Assembly (NCBI RefSeq): GCF_009914755.1
Contig: NC_060935.1
DNA: 64,000 nt
Direction: 5' to 3' (one strand)
Source: the human T2T-CHM13v2.0 reference genome, Homo sapiens
The notes below the pieces were generated by a model. It had not been told where the DNA came from and ran no database searches. It worked only from the letters and a program-made list of their open reading frames with translations. The translations under genes and the position numbers were made by a program. This document shows, piece by piece, positions 1 through 19,965 of the stretch. Numbering within the stretch: the stretch's first letter is position 1; the number at the start of each line of letters is the position of its first letter.

Positions 1-1354
1 GCAGCTGATGGAGAGTTTATTAGGTATTGTCTGTTTTAATTATCTGAAGAGCCTAGGAGTTAAGAATGAGTATTATTCCCATATGTCAGATAATGCATTG
101 GAACACAAAAAGAGTGAATTATTCATTCTGGGACTTATATAGTATGAATTTGAGCCCAGCAGGGCTGACTCATGATCCAGTCTTTGAGCAGCCCTTTACA
201 CCCAGCACGACTCTGTGTCGATTATACATGTTAGAGCGGGTAAAGGAGAGGAGGGATTCTCAAGATTAAATCCAAGTTGGCGGCAAAATTGTGGGTTGAA
301 AAAAAAAAAAACTAACCTAAACCAACTTCAGATAGAGAGAGAGAAGCAGGTCAAATAGGGAACAAAATAGAGAAGAGTGAAAGCCATTTAGTAACAAATT
401 CAGGAGTTCCTTTTTGCCTATCAGAGGCCACCTTTGCTCTGGAATCCCGAGAATGCACAGGGACAGGAGGCCTCCAGGTGGAAAGAAGACTCACCCTCCT
501 CTGGGATTACAGAGGAGCATCAGGAGTGAGTGCATCCATCATGAGCTCTCTTAGAGAGACAAGCTGCCACAGCCTTGCTTGGCCCAAAAAGGAAATGGGA
601 GGAAAAGGAGAACCTCTGTTATCCACACGCAGGGCACTAAACACATTGTCCCTCTATATTTAGGGTAATGGTGTGTTTGTCTTCCTCATGAAACCTGAAG
701 CTTCATAACGGCTAGTCATGCCTGTCTTTTCCACTGTGGTATCACCAACATTTAGCATGTGTTCTTTAAAGATCATCTATGGTATTATCTTAATATAACA
801 TAAGATGAAGCCGAGGCCTAGAGAATTAAAGTGTTTTCATGAGTTCACAACACGAAGAGCAGGCCCAATGCCAGCCCCTGGTCCCTGGAGCCCTGCATGA
901 GACTTCTGTATGGTTCTCTGCCGCATGATTCATTATTTCAGAGGAGTTCCTGAAAAATCTTGATGTGAGTACAGAATCAGAGACAGAGGCAGAAGAGACT
1001 GCTAGGTTGCCCCAGTGTTCATTTTCCTGTTTGGTCACATAAAAATTCTGAGAGTTTAAAAGCGGCACAAGGACCTACATTCCAGTTTTCCTTGATGCTG
1101 GGTGCCATTTTATGACCAGGTGCTGTTCAGTGAAAGATGCACAAAAGTGATGTAAGCAAGTCCTGGCTCACAGGACCAATAGCAGGAGCAACGCATCTCC
1201 TTTCCTTATTTTTTTTCCATCATGCTGAAATGCTGGTGTGGCTGGGAACCATATAGGATCACAAGTATGAGGGCAACTCTCTAGGGACTCGAGAGTAGCA
1301 GTTTTTGGAATTCTGATGTACGATGCCTTGGAGCTTCCCGCACTGATCTCAAAG

Positions 1355-1725
1355 AGTGTCATTTCTGGGTATTCACAGGGGCTTTCGCATATGGCAGATG
1401 TGTGTGCTGCTACCCCAGCACACACCAAAATCTGCAGATGCTCAATTTCCTTATATAAAATGATGTGATAGTTGTACAAAACCTATGCACTTTCTCCCAG
1501 ATACATTAAATCACTTCTAAGTTACTTAGAATAACTGACAAAATGCAAATGCCATGTAAGTTCTTGTTTTACTGTGTTATTTCAGAAGTAATGACAAGGA
1601 AAAACAAGTTTGTACCTGTTCAGTACATGCACACCTCCGCCATACCCTTATTTTTGGAACAGTTTCCACCTGTGGGTTGTTGAATCTGCAGATTCAGGAC
1701 CTAGTGACCCAGAGGCACCACTGTA
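1355..1725 (+). mobile_element. MER2 (Tigger-family MITE); paralogs at ~23505-23875, ~45732-46083, ~61404-61753
   Basis: ACCAAAATCTGCAGATGCTCAA..CCTTATATAAAATG and TTGAATCTGCAGAT..GAGG..ACTGTA resemble the MER2 consensus as I recall it. Confidence 0.75.
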
Positions 1726-2196
1726 CTTTCTTATTTAAGATATTTCTACTTTGTGTCTTTATGAGAGGGGTCAAACTTGTATTCTAAACAAAAGAAATAT
1801 GTTCTCTTTTTAAAATTACATTTTATTTTCTATGCATTTTTGATGAATGCAAACATTTCTGCATAGAAGTGACAGTAGAGAAAGACATGCCGAACATTAA
1901 AGTAGTCTGAAAGAGCTGAAATGAGACAGGAATCAATCACCTGTAGACAGAGACTGTCCCAGGAATTAGGAGGATATAAGAAGGAGAGAGGGATAGTCTC
2001 ATTTGCTATGATGATTTGCTTTCCATTCTTCTCTATCCTGTTTGACACCACAAGAGAGTGGCTTCTATGCACCACATCAGTGGGATTCTTTTTAATTCCA
2101 GTTTCTGGTGGAATTGAGACACTGGGAGACACCTGGATGAGACTGGAAGACAGCAGGAGAGCCACTTGGGATTTCCACCTCCTGGCTCTCTGCCTG

Positions 2197-2611
2197 TGTA
2201 TTAGTTCATTCTTGAATTGCTACAAAGAAATACCTGAGACTGGGAAATTTATGAAGAAAACAGGTTTAATTGGCTTATGGCTCTGCGGGCTATGCAAGAA
2301 GCATAGCAGCTTCTGCTTCTAAGAAGGCCTCAGGAAGCTTCCAATCATGGTGAAAGGCAAAGGGGGAGCAAGTCATCTCACATGGTGAGAGCAGGAGCAA
2401 GAGAGACAGGGAAGAGGTGCTACACACTTTTAAACAACTAGATTGCATGAGAACTCACTATCACTAAGGCAATACCAAAGGGGGATAGTGTTAAGCCATT
2501 TATGAGAAACCATCCCCACTATTTAATCACCTCCCACCAGGCCCTCCCTCCAACACTGGGAATTACAATCAACCTGAGATTTGGTTGGGGACACAGATCC
2601 AAAGCATATCA
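2197..2611 (-). mobile_element. MaLR solo LTR (MSTA/MSTB-like) in intron
   Basis: TGTATTAG...CATATCA termini, 415 bp, 5-bp TSD GCCTG (2192-2196, 2612-2616). Confidence 0.88.
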
Positions 2612-3279
2612 GCCTGTGTGGCTGTGTGTTGGCCGTGCAAGGCTTCTCCACCTGCCTGCTGGAGCTCTACCACCCCTATGGCTACAGCTATGGCTATGGC
2701 GACAATGGTAACTGCTCCTTCCTTCTCCCTTTCAGCCTAGGGGAGGACTTAGTCCTCCCCTATGTATTGTTGCTTAGGGTGCTGACCCATGCATTGTCTC
2801 TTTCCCTTAACCTTGCACATCTTTGTAAATACTTCCCTCACGAAACACTCCTCAGTCATTTCAGTTTGGACCACCTATTTCTTCCTTGAACCTTTCCAGA
2901 CAGGCAAGGAATAATAATTTAGAAAAGTAAGTAAAACAACAAAACCTGCTTCTACAGCAGTTCAACTCTGTGAAGCAATGCTTGCATGTCCTCTAGCTCC
3001 TTAAATGAATGTGAGAGGCAGCATTTTCTCTAAGAGGACAGGTTCAGTGATTGGAATAAGGGAGGTGATATGGACAGATAAATCAAATGGGGGGACTCCA
3101 GTTGAAACTCACACAGTCTGGGTTGGCAGCACTCAGTTTCCAGAAGGAAACTTCATGTCCCCTGTCTTTTCCTGAAACAAGCTCATGATCCCCTGCCTGT
3201 AGCACCTAGGTGGAAACAGAAACGATCTTATAGCAAAAACCATGACTGACTATGGAAGAAGACAAATCTTGGTACTTAC

Positions 3280-3414
3280 CCTTATCTTTTTCTCCTTTGT
3301 CCAGTGGTGAAGACTTCCCTTGTGCTAAAGGTGGAGGGCCTTTCTGGGATTCAGTGACTTCAGAGAACCCTTCTGTGTTGCTTAATTCAGGAGATGCATA
3401 CAGGAGCTGGAGTC
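3280..3414 (-). other. Exon 1 of a second MRGPRX1-type copy whose coding exon lies left of the window
   Basis: Identical to 25430-25564 (offset 22150), donor at 3274-3279. Bases 1-3279 correspond to the intron. Confidence 0.65.
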
Positions 3415-3595
3415 AAAGCTGGTGAGCGATCCAGGCTTATGAAGATGCTGGACAGACTTGTTATTTCCTGTATGAGGACTATGGACAAATCAGTGGCCAG
3501 AGGTATTGGAGACACAAACCCTACCTGAGATGATTCTTGGCCTCTGTCCCATATCCAATAGAGATAAGCCTCTCCCATCACATTCCATCTTGTTC

Positions 3596-4083
3596 AACTT
3601 GCTTGATAAAAACAGTGGCGCAGTTTGAGAGAATGGACTCCCATTTTAAAAGAAGTTCTATTGTGTATAAAATGCTATGCAAATAGCATTGCATGCTACA
3701 TTAAAATCTTTCATAAAAGGATGAGTCAGTTGATGTGGCAGACTTCACTGTTGTCTTGTTTTAAGATATTGGCACAGCCTGTCTTACCTTCAGCAGCCAC
3801 TTCAGCAGCCATCAATATCAAGCAAGACCCTCCAGCAGCAAAACGTTTGGCTTGATAAAGTTTCTGATGATGGTTACCATTTCTTAGTGAAAAAGTATTT
3901 TTTTAAGTAATGCATGCACATTGCTTTAGACATAATGCCATTGAGACTCAATAGAGTACAGTATAGTGTAAGCATAAATTTTACATGTACCGGGACACCA
4001 AAAATTCATGTGATTCACTTTATTGTAATATTTGCTTTATTGCAGTAGTGGAAGTGGACTTCTAATATCTTCAATGTATGCCT
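3596..4083 (+). mobile_element. Tigger1 3' fragment; paralogs at ~25746-26233 and ~47965-48450
   Basis: GTTTGAGAGAATGGACTCC..AGAAGTTCTA..GCAAGACCCTCCAGCAGCAAAA.. ending in a TIR-like ATATCTTCAATGTATGCCT. Confidence 0.8.
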
Positions 4084-4367
4084 ATTATGATAAAGGTTGT
4101 ATATCAAAGTAGTGTGTAAAACAGACACAATCGAATGAATGGGATTGGGACAACTGAGTTTCTGTGTGAAATAAGTAAAGGTGGAAACATACTTTACATA
4201 TGATTTGAGGATACATGCAAATACACTACTTAAAATTTTATAATGAAAATACAATTACCTGGAGAAGCCATAGCCAAATAGTTTTTAAATCAAAGTGGAA
4301 AAAGACTTTCAATTATAGGATACAATTCAGAAGATATTAAAGAAAATATTTATAAAGACAAAAAGAA

Positions 4368-4659
4368 GGCTAGCTGTGATGGCCCATTCCTGTAATCCCA
4401 GCACTTTGGGAGGCTGCGTGGGTGGATTGCTTGAGCTTACAAGTTTGAGACCATTCTGGGCAACATAGTGAAAACCCGTTTCTACAAAAAATACAAAAAC
4501 TAGCCTGGTGTGGTGGTGCATGTCTGTAGTCCCAGCTACCTGGGACGTTGTGGTGGCAGGATGGCTTGAGCCCAGGCCGTGGAGGTTACAGTGAGCTGAC
4601 ATCACACCATTGCACTCCCCTGGCTGATAGAGCCAGACTTTGTCTCAAAAAAAAAAAAA
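4368..4659 (+). mobile_element. Alu (old, AluJ-like)
   Basis: Dimeric Alu with GGATTGCTTGAGC and CTTGAGCCCAGG, plus an A tail. Confidence 0.88.
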
Positions 4660-4713
4660 GTTATTTTTTTTAGCATAACATTAACCATCATAATCAAGAT
4701 ATAAATAAACTGT

Positions 4714-5026
4714 GGCCAGGCATGGTGGTTCACCCCTGTAATCCCAGCACTTTGGGAGGCCAAGGCAGGCAGATCACCTGAGGTCAGGAGTATGAGACCA
4801 GCCTGGCCACCATGGTGAAACCTGGTCTCTACTAAAAATACAAAAATTAATTCGTTGTGGTGGGACACGCTTGTAATCCCAGCTGCTCGAGAGGCTGAGC
4901 AAGAGAATGGATTGAACCTAGTAGACGAAATTTGCAGTGAGCCAAGACTGTGCCTCTGCACTCCAGCTTGGGTGACAGAATGAGACTCCATCTCAAGAAA
5001 TAAATTAGTAAATTAATAAAATTAAA
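4714..5026 (+). mobile_element. Alu (AluS-like)
   Basis: GGCCAGGCATGGTGG...GATCACCTGAGGTCAGGAG, A-rich tail, flanking direct repeat TAAATAAACTG. Confidence 0.9.
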
Positions 5027-6943
5027 TAAATAAACTGGGAGATGTTTGGTAATGTATGTTATAGCCAAAGTATAAATTTTCTCTATTGATACAAATTTTT
5101 CTAAATGATGTTAATAATTCAAAATTGAAAAAGGTAATAAGAAAATAACTTTAAGTCATGATTCACAATTTCTAAAAAATAAAAATGGCTCCTAAACATA
5201 TGGAAAGAGGAGAAATTCAACTCATAATGAAAGACATGCCAATTGAAATTACAGAGTTATATTTTATTTACCAAAATCTAAAAAACCATTAAGTTTTATA
5301 GCATACAGTGTGGGGATGGAGTGGGATCAGGTACCCTCACTCATTTCTGCTGGGGATGCAGATGGATACAACTTCCAGTGAAGGCTGTTTTCAACATATG
5401 GAAGCATGTATAAAGCACCATCCTTTTCTCTCTGTAATTCCTCATCTAAGAATTTATCTTAGAGATATATTTGTGCATGTTCAAAAGATCTATGTTCTGA
5501 GTTAATAAATGCAGTGTTATTTACAGTCAAAAACTGGTAACAGCCAAAATGGCCATCAATACTGTATAAATTACTGTCTATCTATGCAATAGAATACTCT
5601 GTAGCTACCCAGAAAGAGCAACAAACCTGATATAAAAGGCCCTGCAGAATTTGTTAGATTTTTTAAAAAGAATGCAGACCAATGTATATATTGTATGAAA
5701 AATATATATATTGTTTTATTATTAAATATTTGTGAATTAATATACACTTATTAGTAAGTATAATAGGATATGTCTTTGTTAACAAGGCAAGGATGCCTGA
5801 GGACCTAAAATGGGAATGACAGTTTTCAGTGAGTGTATTTAAAGATTATTTTTGAAAGCTTTGACTTTATTACCATGTCACAAATAAATTTTCAAACAAA
5901 AAACATAAATTTAATGATCTAGCTAAGAGAGGGAGTTAGAGATATGAGAAGATACGAGGAAGGGTGAGGAAATGAAGATAATGAGTACAGAAATCTCTTT
6001 GGAAGATATTTTTTTCTAAAATAAAGAAGATAAATCAGGCTGTGGATAGAGACGAATGGTTGCTTAGATGGTGTTTTATGCCACAAATAGGATGGGGTGT
6101 TTCAGTTGCAATGGAAGGATCCATTAGAGAAGGAAACATTGAAGATGTAGAAGGGAGAGGCAATAATGCTATAAAATGTTTCTGGGGAGGGAAAAGGGGA
6201 AACTGCACAAATGGAAAGGGTGGTTTCAAACAGGAATTTGCAGAGCCCATTTCCTAGCATGAGAGAAAATGCAGAGAGATGTGCTCAGAGGCACATGGGG
6301 AGGTAGGTTCGCTCTGGGGAGATTGAGTAATTCTCAGAAGAGCATCACCTGACAGTGATTAAAAAAATAAATAAAGAGTAGGTGGTTTCAGGAGACAGAC
6401 GATGGCTGAAGGTTTTCCTTTGGAGATGAGAGGCAATTATGGAAATGTCACATGACTGTTCAGGAGATATAAGTGAACATTTCAGGTTCAAGGTCATAAA
6501 TGTACAGTGAAACCGCTGGGCATGGTTGTGTGTTGTGCTGCAGCCACCCTCAGTTCTATGGGAACAGGCATGGAGTTAGTGGAGAGCTGGATTCAATCAG
6601 GGCAAAAGACGAACAGATGCTTCAGCAAACACATATATGCATGACAAATAAACACGTAAAAAGATGCTCAACATCACTAATGTTTAGGACAACAAATAAA
6701 AGTCACGAGATACCACTCTACCCTCTCAATATGGCTAAAATATAAAATACTGATAGTTTCAAATATTGGCTGAGATTTGAAGGAATTGGAGGTCTCATAC
6801 ACTGCCAATGAGAAAGTAAAATAGTAGAGCTACTCTGGGAAATCTTCTTGCATTTTCATATAATCCAGCAATCCAGCGTATCCTAGAACCTGGAAAATGT
6901 ATCCTAGAAACTGGGAAACTGTGTTCACTTAAAAATCTGTACA

Positions 6944-13519
<6,576 letters not shown>

Positions 13520-16500
13520 AAAAGTCTGTACACATACGTGTATAGCTGCTTTATTTATAAATGCCACGTTAGAAAAAACAGCAATGTCTTTCCACTTGTG
13601 AATAGTGAAACAAAGCATAGTACATCCATACAATGGAACACTACTCAGTAGTATAAAAAAAAGTCAGCAATAAGCTATGGATACCTGCAAAAAGTTGGGT
13701 GGATCCTGAGGACATTATGCTGAATGAAAAAAGCCAAAGTCAAAAGATTAGATACTATATGATTCCATTTATATAACACTTTTGAAATGATGAAATTATA
13801 GAGATGAAGAATAGATCAATCACTAGAGGAATTTGGGAAGAAACATACTGTGGGTATGACAGTAGGAGGAGCCCAAGGGAAATCTTTGTGGTGAAGAAAC
13901 ACTTCTGTATGTAATGCGATTGTGGTTATGAATCTACACCTGTGACAAAATGTTATGGAATGAAACATAGAGGAATATCTCACTCCAAAAATGAGTGCAT
14001 GCAAACAGTGGTAAAATTTGGTAAGATGGTACCATAGATATTTGGTGAAATTTGATAAGTTTTGTAGTGTAGATAATTAGATGGTATCAATGTCAATTTC
14101 CTGGTTTTGATAATACATTTATTTAACATGTAAATATTGCTGTAGATTGGGTGATGGGCATACAGGAACTCTTTGTACTGTTTTCATAACTTCTTCATAG
14201 TCTACAATTAATTTACAACGAAAACTTAAAAAACAAAGACCTGTTCGTTCTATGGACTTACCTCCATGGATATTGAAGTCACCAAGAATGAAGACATGGG
14301 GTTTGCTGGAAGGAAGTTTGTAAACCAGGCACATAGGCTAGAAGATAACATAGTAAGCACTAACAGACACCTTCCACAAAATTAAGCACATATTAAATTT
14401 TTATCATATTTGTTTCCAATAACTCTTAAAATGAATACATACACTTTTACAGACACAACTTAAGTCTGAATCATGCATCTCTACTCTCAGCAATAATTGT
14501 ACATGTCTTTGATAAGAAGGCAAGTGTGCCTGCACACCTGGAGTGGGAATAACAATTTTCTTCAGAATGTCTGCGGTTAATATGTATTATTCTCTCACAT
14601 GTGTACCAGGATGTTAAAACAGGAGTATTAAACTCAATGTCAAGTCACTACAGATATTACGTTACAAAGAGGTGCTAGGTGACACATAATTTTAATAGAA
14701 ATTTTTGGGCATCCATATCAAAGCTATGCAGAGTTTGGGTCTGAATTTTTATGTGACAGTTACAATGTTGGATTTCCAGAGAAGGGGCTGCATTCCATTG
14801 CTTTTCTCTTCTCCCTTAAACCCCAGACTTTTTCTTGTTTTTTTTTAATCGATGCCTTCTGACCCTGGAGGGCTAGACATATCACCGTGAGGAGGGTAAG
14901 GAGAGCAGGGCATTGCCTTTGTGATTTGTCCTGTTGGGCTGCCCTGCCTGGCCCTCTCTGGACTTTACATTAATATAGAGCTCACCCCTGTGAATATCAC
15001 AAAACGAACACCAACCCCTATCACTTCAAGGCCACAAAAGTTAATGCTCATTATTCCGAATACTCCAGTCTTGTGATTCTATTTAAGATGGATCTTGCCA
15101 CCATGACCAAATACATGGGGTGACACAAGGAATAAAACACATGTATGAATTATTCACCATTCCCCAAAAAACTCTATGCTTTTATTAACGGTGCCACTGT
15201 AAATTATCTCTCGTCCAATTTCCATCTGTCCAGATTCTATTTATCTCTCCTTGCCCAATACAAAAATTTAGGTGACTGGCAAAATTTACTAGGGTATAAT
15301 TACAATAATAATGCTGGGTTAATTGTAGTCATCGGTTAAAATTCTACCTATTACACGAAGTCTTCCATGATCCACTCACTTCTACATACACGCTCAGGAA
15401 TGAGGTCTGCTCTGTCTCTGCCCTCCTTCCTTGTGTTTGCATCCTGCAAGGTTTCAGAACAATTGGACCAATATGATGGGCATGAGCATTGAGATTTCTT
15501 TTTTTATACTCTACTGTAACTGCTAGATAACAGCAAACAAATGCCATCTGTATCTATAGTGAGCATTGGTACATTGACAAAAATGGTGCCCAGCTGATAC
15601 CACACCGTCATACAGAACAAGCATCAGAGCAGTCTCTTTGGATTCTAGGTCGCTTCCACATGGGTGAGAAGAACATATGCTTACTGTGATTATAGTCACT
15701 GTGTAGAGACGTAAATTTCTCAGGTGGTCTGGATCACAATACTATTTATCTTCAGTCCATGGTTATGGTAAAGTCACACTTTACCCACATATTCTGAAAA
15801 GAGATACCTGAGCACAAATGCACAAATGGCACAGTTTCAGACAGGGGCAATCCCATAACCTCACTATCTGCTTGGCTTGCCTGGAATGAGCATGTGATCC
15901 ATGTTGGCCATGCAGTCAGCTTGAGAATCCCAAATCCCTTAAACTAGGGGAGTGTTCTTCCCATTCTAGCACTTGCACATCCTACTTCCCTACATATCCT
16001 GGGATTTCCAGATGCTGAATTGGGTTTGCCTGGAGGCAAGGGCTTCTTCTGCTGGAACACAGGTAATGGTAGTAGGTAGTTCTGCAATGCCTGTTGCCTA
16101 AGCAACTGCAAGGCCTCTTGAAAATCTTTTCAGGAATTGTACATTGGTATGATGTTAGATTATAGACCGAGGGCTGTTGTAAGATTCAGCCTATTCGTTT
16201 TGTGATGTCATTAATTACAAAACTGTTGCAGAGATTGTTGTCTTGCATGAGCAGTCACCTGGTGAATATTCTCTAATTTATTAAAATCGTGTTGTCCTGC
16301 TTCAGCTGGGTGCTTGGGTGTGACATTCATCTTCAGGATGGCAGCAAGATAACTTGGGATTTATAGATACCCTCTCTTCTGAGCACCCTTGAGCCACAAA
16401 CACAATGCTGGGATAGCATGTGTCACATTGGGAGGCAGTCTTTCCTGCACTAGTGTCCTTCACAGGCTGTGTGCTCTGGGAATGTGGGTATGTTTACTTT

Positions 16501-18639
16501 GACTCCCAAGTGTCTGGCATGCAAGCCAGAGAGTAGAAGATGCTCAGTATGTATTTAAACAATAAATAGTGGAATAAGTGGAGATATTGCTATGAAAAGC
16601 CCAGTCATAATATATTCAGGAATGGAAGTGGATAGGTTAATTGGAAATGTCTGTTAATCAGTATTTATAAAAAATGATACATTTGTAACATGAATATTTC
16701 ATTTTTACCTGTAATTTGTTCAGTATAATAGAAATAGACTAAAGAACATTTCTTTGTGTAGGTTTCAGCAAATAGAATTCTACTCTGTCTTGCTGAAAGC
16801 ATAGCTATCAATCATTCTCTGTGATTTGCAGTTTGGATTAGTTTAAGAGTAGAATTTAGCATCAGATGCATAGCATTCTGTCTAAAAATGTTGTTCAATA
16901 TTTTTCATTTTTGTTTAATCTTGTAGAGTTGGAAGACTCACAGCTACTAAACTAACAATTTTGGAACCTGCTTTTATTTTCCATTTAAGCATTCACATTA
17001 GCTTTATGGAAACCGCAATTCTTCTTTCATACTCTTGTTTCATTAACTTGTGCTGTATTTTGATAAATTAGGAAATTATATTGACAAGCCTAATTGGCAA
17101 AAGCAGGACGAGAAACAGATCCAACTGGTTCTTCTGAGGCTGATGACTCAGTGTCCTTGAGCCCAGGTGTACTACTAGAGCATCAGTGAATTGCCATGAA
17201 GGCTCAGCATTTGCTCGGAATCAATCAATATATTTTCTTCATGAAGGTGAAAGGTTTGGTTATAGACATAGAATATATTAGTGAGAGGCTTATTTGAAAG
17301 GCGTTTGCTTTTATGTAGAATTATCACAGTGCCTGATGAATTAGGTTTGAATGTTTGTTGAATTCATGCCTAAAAAATAGTCATGAATGGCAGCTCCCAA
17401 AAGGTGCCGTGAGAGATTTTCATATCATTTCTTACTTTCTGGAGAACACTCCTGGATGTCCTGCATGCTCTTCCTTGACATGTACCTGAGAGGAAATGAT
17501 ATCATTGACCTTGGAAAGAAGGCAGCTCATGAGCAGACTCCCACATCCCCTCCATTCTTCTTCCCAGAGGCAGTGAGCAGACCTGCGATAAAAGGCAACA
17601 GCTGTTCTCAGAATGACCAACTGCAGAGGACACTCTGTTAAGTGGGAGGTGCTTATAGGAGTTCCAGTGAGACTTGGTGACTGAGCTAGCCTTTGCAAGA
17701 TGCTGGACAACCCTGTGACTCCCAGGTGTGAGCTGCTTGAGAAAAATAGTTCTGAGCTTCTTCTAAATTCCACACCTAGTCTGTTGCACTAGAAATTCAA
17801 AGACATGTTCTCTGCTCTTAAAGAACTGAGGGTGTGGTAGAAGAGAAAGAGGTGAGGACAAATAATTCAATGAACTGTTATAAGTGCTGTAGTAGAGCAA
17901 TGTGTGAGGTCAGGTGAGTTCAGAATGGGCTTCAGCGATATAATCTAAGCCTTCTCGAAGTTGAAGTTTTCTTCCGTCAAAAGAAAAGAAATGTCACTGA
18001 CATCAAGATAAGCAGTTTCCCAGGTGAGGACAAACTTTATTTGATTCAATTGCCAGGTGAAAATTTTCTACAGAATTCCTCATGATAGACATCATCTTTA
18101 GTCAAAACTGTACAATTGATATCACAGACTCCCAGAGTGGACTCTCCCAATAACCCTCGGCCTGAACTGAAGACATCACATCAAAGCTCCTTGCCTGGAG
18201 CATTGGCTGCAAACACTGGCTTCCTGCTTCCTCCGACCTGTAGGAAACCCTCGCCAACAGCCATGTCCTACTACAGCATTTGGAAATTGAGGGTGGACAG
18301 ATGGGATTCAGCATCAGCAGAGGGCTGGGCCTGGAAGAGCAATGGATCTGGAGGACTGAGGGGACCTGAGTTCAACATTGTGAACAGTGTTATAAGTGCC
18401 ACCAATAAATTTGGTTGGACAAATTGAAAACTATATACCTCTTTATTGGTTTCACAGCTACTTTGTACAGTCTCCTGCATACTCAAATTGCAGTTGTCAG
18501 CTCCCCTCAGTGAGGGTTAATTGCTGTGATGTCACATTTTCTCTTGATAATCTCTTCTGCCTGCTTGAGTTATCTGTGGAAATTATAACCACTGGTGGGG
18601 AATAGTCCTGAATTTTGTACTGATCCCATTTCTATAATT

Positions 18640-18995
18640 AACTGTTTTTAATTGTGGTAAAATTTACATAACATACATTTTACAACTTTAACCATTTTAA
18701 GTGTACAATCAGTGTCAGTAAGTACATTCACAATAAGTTGTAACTGTTACTACTGTCCCTTTTAAGAATTTTTCATTATTCCACACAGAAATTCTGTGCT
18801 CATTTAATAATGGCTACATATTCTCCCCATCATCTAGCACCAGGATCCTCCTAATTTAATTTCTGTGTTCACGAATTTCCTAGTTTGGATACCTGGTAGA
18901 ATTTGAACTTACTGTTCTTTGGTATCTGGCTTATTTTCCTTAGCAGAATGTTTCCAGGTTCATCTATGTCAAGCATGTATCAGAATTCTATACCA
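18640..18995 (-). mobile_element. Old L1M 3' fragment (antisense); paralogs at ~40865-41220 and ~56575-56930
   Basis: TTTTAAGTGTACAATCAGTG..AGTACATTCACAAT..GTTGTAAC and AATGTTTCCAGGTTCATCTATGT motifs. Confidence 0.6.
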
Positions 18996-19674
18996 ACTGT
19001 AAGTTATTATCAAGATACCATAATTGACATTAGCATGGAAAAGTCAGATGTTATCAGTCTTGCCTCTCATGTTAATGGCCATTTAACTAACTGAAAGTTA
19101 CAGCCAGAACAATTTGTACAAAACCTGGAAGTATGAAGAATTCTTCTACAACTGAAAGAGTCTATAAGCAAATAATAAATGGTTTTCAAGATAATTTCCA
19201 CTTTGAAACCAATATTGAGGTTTCCAATGGCCAAAATAGAACTGGGGCACATTTATGGGCTCCTCACTGGTCCATTAGTCCAGGAAGAGCTAAATAAGCA
19301 CGTAAAAGTTCTCAAGGGGAAGGGGCCACAGTTGTCTTTACTAGAAACCAAGGCCAACATATCACCATGCTGTGAACAAATGACAGGGGAAGACTTTTTA
19401 TAAAACCAATTGGTGAGAGTGTTTTTATGAAGAGAGAGTCTGTCTCTAAGGACATTATTTTGCTCTGTATCTGAGAATTCAATGGAATGTAGAGATAGCA
19501 GAACTCACTTATTAAGAATCGAGCTTCTAACTGCAGTAATGCCTCCAGTCATAGAAGGGAACATGATTTTCAGGGGAACATAGTCTGAGAGATTAATAAG
19601 GAATCTTCCTTTTTGATGCTATCAGGTAGGAAAGAAGTATAAAGAGTGTTTTAGGGTTTTGTACAGGAACTCCT

Positions 19675-19680
19675 TTTATT
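19675..19680 (-). terminator. Polyadenylation signal AATAAA of MRGPRX1
   Basis: Plus-strand tttatt ~290 nt downstream of the stop. Retained in pseudogene 2 (57608-57613), mutated in pseudogene 1. Confidence 0.65.
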
Positions 19681-19965
19681 ACAAAGAAAATTGCAGAAAA
19701 AGTGTTCTGTAGGAAAGATTCAGTGTGAGATAACAGGGAAAATGTGTTGGTAATATCAAGGAGAATCTAAACATTGTACTGTCAGACTAATGCTTTCCAT
19801 GGGTGAAAACCGCAACTGTCAGGTTAGATAAACATCTATTTGAAGACCTTGAGGAACCACTGAGACATTTCTGAGGCAGAAGGCTAAGAAAAACGCATAT
19901 AATTGTCAAGGGTGGCAGGGCAGTGTTGCTCTCAAAGTCCTGTCTGACAGGGCAGAGGCTCTTCC

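Noticed and set aside
2687-2700. (GGCTAT)n hexamer giving 'YGYSYGYG'; also (ATT)n at ~52722 and a 21-bp duplication at ~6879-6920
   Set aside because: Ordinary short tandem repeats with no evidence of function.
17387-18486. Short ORFs recurring in three units (MAAPK..., MISQTPRVD...)
   Set aside because: Recurrence reflects segmental duplication. Lengths and frames differ between units, and there are no recognisable domains.
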